Virus record (IMG/VR): IMGVR_UViG_3300028374_000796
From: a virus
Length of the DNA: 64,000 nt
Strand: one strand, 5' to 3'
Shown here one piece after another: positions 57,698 to 64,000 of the stretch. Position numbers and translations under genes: made by a program. The notes beneath the pieces are model-generated. The model searched no databases. It worked only from the letters and a program-made list of their open reading frames with translations, and was not told where the DNA came from. Each line of letters opens with the position of its first letter. Within the stretch, counting starts at the first letter, position 1.

Positions 57698-58093
57698 TTA
57701 GTTGTAAACTTCAATGCTAGGCAGCTGAATAGCCATTTTAGCTGTATCTCCCCTTTCAATTAAGGTAACAACATCTTTCCAGGCGGAGTCTTCGATCTTC
57801 ATGTTCGCAGCTTTTTCAATTTCCGAACGAAGACCTGAAAGCCCTTTAGTTGTGATAGTAGTTTCCGAGCTATTATGTGTAATTCTCCATTCCGCATCTT
57901 TAGGAATAGGATCCCCAATTCGATGATCTCGATTCATGGGACCTCCAATCCAAATATGTATTTGGTTTTGTGAATTTACTCTTAAAGGTTTAAGAGCAGT
58001 CTTCTCCAGTGTAGCTAGAACAGGACGGAGGTGATATCTCAACTCAGGGTTAGTTGATCCTAGTTTAATAAGTTGTTCTTTTAGATTAGTCAT
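57698..58093 (-). CDS. Hypothetical protein with the shared leader motif
   Basis: ATG 58093: MTNLKEQLIKLGSTNPELRYHLRPVLATLEKTA. Confidence 0.75.
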   Translation of the reverse strand: MTNLKEQLIKLGSTNPELRYHLRPVLATLEKTALKPLRVNSQNQIHIWIGGPMNRDHRIGDPIPKDAEWRITHNSSETTITTKGLSGLRSEIEKAANMKIEDSAWKDVVTLIERGDTAKMAIQLPSIEVYN

Positions 58094-58113
58094 TTTAGCC
58101 TCTTTTTTAGGCA

Positions 58114-58149
58114 CAAAAAGGAAAGGAACAGTATTTCTACTGTCCCTTT
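58114..58149 (-). terminator. Probable terminator
   Basis: AAAGGGACAGTA-GAAA-TACTGTTCCTTT-CCTTTTT. Confidence 0.6.
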
Positions 58150-58161
58150 AATATTAATTCT

Positions 58162-58356
58162 TTATTCAGCATCTTCCGCTGGTAGCTCAGGTGCTTCAAC
58201 AACAACTTCTTCTTCGCTATCAAGAAGCTCCTCAACTTTTTCAAAGGCTGCATCAAAAGCGCCAAGGAAGTAGGAAGCTCCCATAACAACTGCTACGACG
58301 ATAGAGGCTAGAAGTTTACGAGATTTGATTTCCTGTACTATTTTACTGAGATTCAT
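58162..58356 (-). CDS. Small single-pass membrane protein
   Basis: Hydrophobic LLASIVVAVVMGASYFLGAF and an acidic tail. Confidence 0.65.
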   Translation of the reverse strand: MNLSKIVQEIKSRKLLASIVVAVVMGASYFLGAFDAAFEKVEELLDSEEEVVVEAPELPAEDAE

Positions 58357-58423
58357 AATATCTCCATAAGAGAAAAGGGAAGTGGTAATACTATCCCTCC
58401 CTCATTATGAAAAGAATATCAAA

Positions 58424-61400
58424 TTAGCCACAAGAGCCATTTCCACAATCTAGGCATTTGTCGCAGCCTCCCTCGTAAATCAGATTCGGAGAGCCACATG
58501 CCTCACACTCTTTTCCAACCACTACCGTACCGTCCTCGATGTGAGACGTAAGAAACTTACGGGCGGCAGTGAGGGTAGAGGCGATATAATCGCCTTCGAT
58601 GTCTGTGAGTGCATGTACGACGGACACAATACCAATATTATGCCTGAGAGCCATACCAATCATCTTACAGAGACGAACATGATGGAGATCGTCTTTGATC
58701 TTTTCCAACTGTTCATATACCAGATCAAAGTCAACCCCTTTTCCAATAAGGAGCTTGGTTACACTTTTAACAGCTCTATTTAGAGAAACATATTCTCCAT
58801 CTGCCATGTCATTTGTATGAACCCAAAAAGCAATTGGAAACTGATCATCATCGGGGAGATAGGAAAGATGAAGATAATATTTATTACCTTCTGCTTTTAC
58901 TTTTACCGTATCGCCGTTACTGAATTTGGGAGGCAATTTAGTATCCCTTACGATAACACCTTCGTCGGTAATCTCAGCGTCTTCGTCCAGTAAGCCCCTC
59001 TCTTTAAGTAATTCAGAGAGTGAACTAGCTGTAGATTTAGAGGTTGGTTCGGATCCCGAAACTGCCAGTACGTTTTCCATGATCCCATCTCTGTAGGTAG
59101 TGAAGCCTACCAACTTGGCTTTCCATGCCTGAACATAGAGATCTTTGAACTCATCAAAGGGATAGTTCTTTGGTAAGTTACAGGTTTTAGATACTGACTG
59201 ATCACAGCTTTCTTGGATAAGAGCTTGGACTTGAACATGCTCATTTACTTTAAGGTCTTGCGCTGTTGACAAATATTCTGCGTCCTGATCGATATCATTG
59301 GGAAAATGTTTTAGGACCCAACTATATCCATAGTCCTGTACTTTCTCTACAAAGCACAGTCCTCGGTTATGAGGTTCATAGTGCCACATCCTTCCGTTAT
59401 ACTCCCCTCTCCATGCGGTAGAATCTCCAACTTCCACTTCTTCAAGGATGTCTTTTACATTGTCCCTTGTCAGACCGTGGGGCCACTTATCTGAAATTAC
59501 AGTTCGATCATATCCGAAAGAGAAGACCGGCTCAATTCCATTTGATACCATATCACAAATAACTGATGAGTTCCCTAGAGGCGGATTCGTCAGTCTTTTA
59601 GCATTCCTGAGACCATATTGACGAACCAATTCTTTGGTGCTGTCCGCTGCGGTACAGTAGTCCTTGAAATAAGGAGTATCCAGATATTTTTCCTCATACA
59701 TTGGGAAAGGACCACGTTCTCTAGCCAAAAGAGCAGATGCTCTAAGGGTTTCATCATCCTTAGCCTGTTGAATTCTACGGACAAATTCATTACCTCCATC
59801 CCCACCATAGCGGATCCCCATCATAAACATGGCAGATCCCAGACCATTCACTCCCATTCCATATTGACGGATGTTTTTAAGTGCCCAATCATATGCAGGA
59901 AGAGGAACCGCGCCGATATCATTCACATTATCTAACATTCGTGCAAAGGTATTAATAGCGTCTCTATAGCCTTCATAATCAAAAGACCTATCATCCCTTA
60001 CAAATCTAGTGAGATTGACTGAGCCTAGCAGACAGACCGTTGTAAACCCGATGAGGTGGTTATCAAAATCTCCCATATAAGGTTCTAGATAGGGGGCTGG
60101 TTTGTATCCTTTATCCAAGTAGGAAGTTCCTGGAATTTCGCCACACCCTCTAGATACAATACCGTGCGTATTCCAGTCATCAGACTTAGGTTCATATAAA
60201 TCGTAAACTGTATCCTTTCCATCTAGTTCAATGGATTCTATTTTCACCTTCCACTTTGTTCCAGTTAACTGCCTACCGCATACAATACTCTCTAACTGAT
60301 CATGTTTATCCGGGTGTGAAATACCTCCGGTAAACCTATAAACAGCCTCAATACAATCATTAGTTAAATGACCTTCATACACATCGTGATTCCGAACAAC
60401 CTCTCTACCATAGATCGACCGAAGATCGCCCGCCTTAGCCACCTCATACAATTTATAATCAGCACCAGAGATCAAGCAAACTTCTCTAAAAAAGTTGTGC
60501 AATTTTTGACTAGTGCTTTTAAAACGGATGGACGGATATCGACTTGAACGATTAACATTACCATCAGAACTAATTAATCCATCTAGAACCCCAGAGAGAA
60601 ACTCTGAGTTACTATTCAACCACCATTCAGGGGGACATTTCTCATGAGAATATTGAAGGTTATCAAGACCTACTTTTTCAAAAAATTCAGAAGCTGCCTT
60701 AGACTGCACCCTCAAGTGCATCGCATTTCCTTCTGCGCTGTGGTCTTCACAAAAAGTCATTCCTGCCTTTTCCAAAGCCCCCGTAAGATAAGAATTATCT
60801 TCGACTGAATTGGCAGACAAAATAAACCTTTTAAGTTCCGACCGACAACCATCCCCCAACCAATATCCCGCTAGAAATCCATCGTTCCTAGTAAGATCTA
60901 TTCTGTTAGTAGTTTTAAACCGATAAGGCTGCTTTCTAACATAATCCCCGACTTTCAAATCCTTTAGGCGGACGGTATTATCCCATTTTTTACGGCAATT
61001 TGAATTCTGCATAACATGGAAAATATGTCCTTCAGTTACACGAAGAGAAGTACCGTCTGAAAACTTCACTAAATACACGGGACAGTCCTCATGTACTTCT
61101 ATTTCCTGAACAGGATCAAAACCTAAAGATGTTTGGATTTTATCTCCAACCTTAACATCTTCAACAGGGACAAGACCTTTCTCCGTAGCAACTAAAGTAC
61201 CTTTAGCAACGCAGGGATTACTTGCAGTAACAGGACCTAGATACACCAGGGGATTTTGACGATTCATATTGTCAAAGAAAAGAACGCCGGGTTCTGCTCG
61301 GTTATAAGTAGACTCCATAATAAGATCGTAGAGTTCTACTGCTTTTACCTGCTTATAGGTCTTTCCTTCAAAATGAAGGTCATACATGGTATCGTTTTCT

Positions 61401-62251
61401 ACAGCTTCCATGAAGGCATCATCTACCAGAACGCTGATATTGAATTTCGTGAGCTTTCCACTTTCTTGCTTGGCTCTTACGAATTCTTCAATGTCGGGAT
61501 GCCAGATAGGAAGGGCGGCTAACATAGCGCCTTTCCGGGGCATAACTTTTTCGATTCGATCCTGCGTATCATCGTCCAGATGATTAGTTAGACGATCCTC
61601 GTAGCCATCATTATCTCCTTTAACGATCATAGCAGACATTTTGTCCCATAGTTCCATATAAGAAACTACTCCGGGATGACGAATGCCAACCCCTTTGATC
61701 AGAGTTCCACGGGGACGAATGAATCCAAAATTGATTCCGTATCCGCCTTCGCTTTTTAGAGTGTCTGCTGCTTCCAGTAGAGACAAGAAAATATTAGTGA
61801 GAGAATCCGGTGTTTGATCCGTTTCCATATCACAAACGATCTTAGCATCTGTATTAGGAACGCTCTTTGCGTAAGAAATCTTAGCGTCAGAAACAGGAGA
61901 ATTTATGAAGCAATTAAGTAGAGTTGCTTTATCAAAGATTGTTCCTGCATTCGCAGTAATACGTCCCCCTGTGGTGCATTTAAGGCCGTCTGCGACCCAT
62001 CGTTCCCCTTCCAGATCTACATAAAAGTCTTCACCACCTTTGTCAGATTCCTTAGCAGGTTTAAAATCCACCAACGTTTTCAAAAATCGATCGTACCATA
62101 CTTCTACTTCTTTTTCTGTAGCTTCATAATGGGATCTTTCCACTTCTGCCAGGGCCCTAGCAACTCTTTGAAAAGTTTCAAGGGGTGTTTCGTCTCCGAA
62201 TCTATATTTAGTCTCCCAGTTTTCGCGTGCTAAAAGGGTTTTAAAAATCAT
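58424..62251 (-). CDS. nrdJ: Class II (B12-dependent) ribonucleotide reductase with an atypical intein
   Basis: GGRITANAG, LNCF, GGYGINF, KFNISV, AEPGVLF, NP|CGE, CLLGSVNL, GIEP, QSVSKTCN, GFTTYRDG, C-terminal Zn ribbon. Confidence 0.92.
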   Translation of the reverse strand: MIFKTLLARENWETKYRFGDETPLETFQRVARALAEVERSHYEATEKEVEVWYDRFLKTLVDFKPAKESDKGGEDFYVDLEGERWVADGLKCTTGGRITANAGTIFDKATLLNCFINSPVSDAKISYAKSVPNTDAKIVCDMETDQTPDSLTNIFLSLLEAADTLKSEGGYGINFGFIRPRGTLIKGVGIRHPGVVSYMELWDKMSAMIVKGDNDGYEDRLTNHLDDDTQDRIEKVMPRKGAMLAALPIWHPDIEEFVRAKQESGKLTKFNISVLVDDAFMEAVENDTMYDLHFEGKTYKQVKAVELYDLIMESTYNRAEPGVLFFDNMNRQNPLVYLGPVTASNPCVAKGTLVATEKGLVPVEDVKVGDKIQTSLGFDPVQEIEVHEDCPVYLVKFSDGTSLRVTEGHIFHVMQNSNCRKKWDNTVRLKDLKVGDYVRKQPYRFKTTNRIDLTRNDGFLAGYWLGDGCRSELKRFILSANSVEDNSYLTGALEKAGMTFCEDHSAEGNAMHLRVQSKAASEFFEKVGLDNLQYSHEKCPPEWWLNSNSEFLSGVLDGLISSDGNVNRSSRYPSIRFKSTSQKLHNFFREVCLISGADYKLYEVAKAGDLRSIYGREVVRNHDVYEGHLTNDCIEAVYRFTGGISHPDKHDQLESIVCGRQLTGTKWKVKIESIELDGKDTVYDLYEPKSDDWNTHGIVSRGCGEIPGTSYLDKGYKPAPYLEPYMGDFDNHLIGFTTVCLLGSVNLTRFVRDDRSFDYEGYRDAINTFARMLDNVNDIGAVPLPAYDWALKNIRQYGMGVNGLGSAMFMMGIRYGGDGGNEFVRRIQQAKDDETLRASALLARERGPFPMYEEKYLDTPYFKDYCTAADSTKELVRQYGLRNAKRLTNPPLGNSSVICDMVSNGIEPVFSFGYDRTVISDKWPHGLTRDNVKDILEEVEVGDSTAWRGEYNGRMWHYEPHNRGLCFVEKVQDYGYSWVLKHFPNDIDQDAEYLSTAQDLKVNEHVQVQALIQESCDQSVSKTCNLPKNYPFDEFKDLYVQAWKAKLVGFTTYRDGIMENVLAVSGSEPTSKSTASSLSELLKERGLLDEDAEITDEGVIVRDTKLPPKFSNGDTVKVKAEGNKYYLHLSYLPDDDQFPIAFWVHTNDMADGEYVSLNRAVKSVTKLLIGKGVDFDLVYEQLEKIKDDLHHVRLCKMIGMALRHNIGIVSVVHALTDIEGDYIASTLTAARKFLTSHIEDGTVVVGKECEACGSPNLIYEGGCDKCLDCGNGSCG
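60146..61213 (-). mobile_element. Intein (356 aa) with LAGLIDADG endonuclease and a non-canonical C-terminus (...VSRG|C)
   Basis: Starts CVAKGT after SNP, has block B TEGH, motifs GYWLGDG and GLISSDG; blocks F/G read VYDLYEPKSDDWNTHGIVSRG, then CGEI. Confidence 0.9.
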
Positions 62252-62310
62252 ACGTGTGACTCCGTGTGGACAGATTTTTTCTACTGCCCTATCTATATAA
62301 AGGTTGTCGT

Positions 62311-63282
62311 TCAGTTGTGAATAATGAAACTCTGGAGTAAAAGGCGTCCGGGTTTCCCCATTTTGGACTTCGCTTCTACGTCGCAGATAGTTCGATATGC
62401 CTTAAGCAATTCTTCGATGTTGCGGGTACTAATCTGGTCAGATACTTTATTGTCAAAAATCCATTTGGATAAACCAAGTTCTGCTGCTATCTGACTGTCA
62501 CCTGTTCCTGCATCTCTTAGGGATCTAGCTTTCAGGAGGTTCTCTATTCTATCAAAGAATCCTCGAATTATTACTAACTCGGATCGGACCCACTGTGTCT
62601 CAGGGGTCTTTTCAAAATGACGGGCCATAAATTGGAGGGCAACATTCTTATTTCCCAATCCCCAATGCCGTACAATCTCAAAAGGAGATAAAGCACTTTG
62701 ACTATAAAGAACCGCCTGAATATCCTCAGGCTCGATGATTTTCCTCTCGCCACAATAGATAGCTACTTTATCTAATTCATTAGAAAGAGAAGGGAGAGAA
62801 TTACCGACATTCATTACAATGGCTTCTGCAAAATCCTTTTTAAGTCGTAACCCTCTTTGGTTTGCTTCTTCCACTAACCATTCTCCCAGATTCCAGTCTT
62901 TAATCGTGTCACATTTAAGGGTATCAACGACTTTAAGAGACTTAAACCATTTCGCATCTCTCCCCCGATCGGTAGAGACAAAAACTACCACTTTATCCGT
63001 AGAAGGATTTTTGCAGTAGGCTTTTAGAAGTTTCTGGTTTTTTATTTTATTAGCATCCCTAACTACTATTAGTTTTTTCATAGAAAGAAAAGAGGCAGTT
63101 GCCTCTAAAAGGGCAGGTTCTAGCTCCTCATCGTCATCGCCGCCAACATAGGATTCATAATGGTGATTCGGAAGAAGAATTTTGGCTCTAGCTAATTCTC
63201 TATCCTTAAAAAAAGATTCATTACCTAGAAATGAAACGACTTTAGGTTCGGAACTCCAATCTATTTTTTTAATTGTCATCAT
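62311..63282 (-). CDS. holA: DNA polymerase III delta-like clamp-loader subunit
   Basis: FLGNESF, SFLSMKKLIVV, NELDKVAIY...IEPEDI; adjacent to a delta-prime-like gene. Confidence 0.78.
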   Translation of the reverse strand: MMTIKKIDWSSEPKVVSFLGNESFFKDRELARAKILLPNHHYESYVGGDDDEELEPALLEATASFLSMKKLIVVRDANKIKNQKLLKAYCKNPSTDKVVVFVSTDRGRDAKWFKSLKVVDTLKCDTIKDWNLGEWLVEEANQRGLRLKKDFAEAIVMNVGNSLPSLSNELDKVAIYCGERKIIEPEDIQAVLYSQSALSPFEIVRHWGLGNKNVALQFMARHFEKTPETQWVRSELVIIRGFFDRIENLLKARSLRDAGTGDSQIAAELGLSKWIFDNKVSDQISTRNIEELLKAYRTICDVEAKSKMGKPGRLLLQSFIIHN

Positions 63283-64000
63283 TAAGCCCCTCTCTTCCTG
63301 TAAGGATCGCATTCTGTAATTGATGAGAAAAAGCCAACCCTCGTCGGTCTCTTAGATCATGCAAATTTTTGAAAGCATCAAACACTCGATAGGATTTATC
63401 TTCCCAGTCCTCTTTAATAAAGAGAACGTCTTCTAGACGATCTTGATTCAGGATTTTTTCTATATTTTCTTCCAACAAAAGAACATCGTGAACGATCCCA
63501 AATAAGAAATCAAAAAATAAGGGTTGGTCATCTTCTGGAATTTTCCCTATAAATTTTAGAACTATGTGGACGGGAGTCCTTCTTAGATTTTTGAAAAGAC
63601 TGAAAGCTCGATTCCTTAGTTCAAACCCCGTAAGGGATTCCTCTTTGGAGGGCTGTACTAACCTCAGGGCGCGATCTAAAGAACCCGAGCATAATCGAGA
63701 GGCAAGTATCTTTTCGTCTTCATCGAGTTCTTCTGGAGCGTCCAGAAGGTCATAGATGATGTCGTCACTCAATGGAGCGAAATGAGTGGTCACTGTTCGG
63801 GATCTAAGAGTAGGGAAAACCAGTTCCAAATTGGTTACCGTGAAGATAAAAAGTGTATCCTCGAAACCATCCTCAATCGTTTTTAGGAGAGCATCACTTT
63901 GTTTATGCGAAGGAAAGTCCTGAATATCACCAAAAATGATAACCCGCTTTCGGGCTTCTGCTCTGGGCTTATTAGCCTCCTCCAATGATTCACGAATTAC
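63269..64000 (-). CDS. holB: DNA polymerase III delta-prime-like subunit; 5'-partial, frame open to the window edge
   Basis: VIRESLEEANKP...KRVIIF...SDALLKTIED...FIF...FPTLRSR (SRC-like motif). Confidence 0.78.
   Translation of the reverse strand, partial: VIRESLEEANKPRAEARKRVIIFGDIQDFPSHKQSDALLKTIEDGFEDTLFIFTVTNLELVFPTLRSRTVTTHFAPLSDDIIYDLLDAPEELDEDEKILASRLCSGSLDRALRLVQPSKEESLTGFELRNRAFSLFKNLRRTPVHIVLKFIGKIPEDDQPLFFDFLFGIVHDVLLLEENIEKILNQDRLEDVLFIKEDWEDKSYRVFDAFKNLHDLRDRRGLAFSHQLQNAILTGREGLNDDN

Noticed and set aside
108-63755. All plus-strand ORFs in the six-frame track (e.g. 6066-6593, 6295-6918, 8338-8865, 12320-12769)
   Set aside because: They are antisense shadows of well-supported minus-strand genes, many of them mirrors of D/E-rich tracts, with no recognisable motifs or RBS.
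1-64000. Stop-codon reassignment (as in some large phages)
   Set aside because: Conserved genes (RecA, LigA, NrdJ, TerL, RecD2) translate full-length with the standard code.

Overview
This is a 64-kb piece of a large (probably jumbo) tailed dsDNA bacteriophage genome, read with the standard genetic code. Essentially every real gene is on the minus strand; the plus-strand ORFs in the track are shadows. From 1 to about 26.8 kb is the head and DNA-packaging module. It encodes an HK97-type major capsid protein, a decoration protein, an acidic scaffold, a prohead protease with an intein, a portal, and TerL with an intein. It also has an extra ATPase-only TerL paralogue, a TerS candidate and several conserved virion-type proteins. 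A Zn-ribbon nuclease plus methyltransferase cassette sits just downstream of the capsid gene. From about 26.9 to 64 kb is a bacterial-style replication, recombination and repair module: sigma-region-4 protein, 5'-3' exonuclease, NusG, DnaX, HolA, HolB, DnaN, DnaG core, SbcD with a split SbcC, RecA with an intein, RuvC, SSB, RecD2, RNA ligase, LigA, TopIB-ParB fusion, class II RNR with an intein, and several DNA methyltransferases. Five observations stand out. (1) The RNR intein ends in S-R-G instead of H-N, directly before the catalytic cysteine. (2) A ~28-aa helical leader, L[KR]xxLI[KR]LxxxxPE[LF][KR], is shared by five otherwise unrelated, dispersed proteins and is often followed by [KR]-x-A/S sites; this may be a capsid-targeting and maturation code. 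(3) There is an intact-looking, intein-free, nuclease-less terminase ATPase duplicate. (4) Rad50/SbcC is split at the zinc hook. (5) A methyltransferase paralogue carries a visible microhomology-bounded deletion. No tRNA, rRNA or CRISPR array could be supported. All family assignments come from motif recognition by eye, not from database searches.
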